Shown here in pieces: positions 25,013 to 25,014 of a DNA stretch of 25,014 nucleotides. This DNA is from a virus (taxonomy: Duplodnaviria; Caudoviricetes), in the IMG/VR virus record IMGVR_UViG_3300005805_000456, positions 1 through 25,014 of that record; one strand, given 5' to 3'. The notes beneath the pieces were generated by a model. That model searched no databases and was not told the origin of the DNA. It saw nothing but the letters and a program-made list of their open reading frames with translations. A program made the position numbers and the translations under genes. Numbering within the stretch: position 1 is the stretch's first letter; each line of letters opens with the position of its first letter.

Positions 25013-25014
25013 TG
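24917..25014. repeat. 9-bp periodic Gly-X-X coding repeat
   Basis: cctgcagca, ccagatgat and cctgaagaa-type units on the + strand. Confidence 0.85.

Noticed and set aside
1-25014. Stop-codon reassignment, tRNA or rRNA genes
   Set aside because: Genes are full length and densely tiled in the standard code, and no gap shows tRNA-like structure.

Overview
This 25 kb window is a tightly packed, entirely minus-strand late (virion morphogenesis) region of a large T4-like tailed phage, read in the standard genetic code. A Bacteroidota-like host is my inference. In transcription order (right to left) it encodes: a collagen-like G-S-S fibre protein (truncated), a small fibre-associated protein, a 14-repeat RCC1-type protein, a GT8+GT9 glycosyltransferase fusion, a SAM methyltransferase-like protein and a tail-fibre chaperone. 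Next come a 901-aa nucleotidyltransferase/ligase-like fusion with an in-frame HNH endonuclease insert, a Zn-finger protein, a holin-like protein, basic proteins and a spanin-like pair. The head module follows: terminase large subunit, portal, core proteins, prohead protease, a DUF3008-like protein, ribosomal protein bS21, a VIP2/Alt-like ADP-ribosyltransferase with a small coupled partner, scaffold, major capsid protein, a terminator, and a truncated repeat-containing gene. The most notable observations are: (1) a homing-endonuclease-like module in frame inside a protein with no intein or intron hallmarks; (2) a phage bS21 lacking the anti-SD-sequestering Tyr alongside SD-led late genes; (3) a candidate ART toxin plus inhibitor pair; (4) a recurrent intergenic ATATTTAT motif, the reverse complement of the T4 late promoter core; (5) a candidate fibre glycosylation cassette. 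All family calls come from motif recognition by eye; no searches were run.
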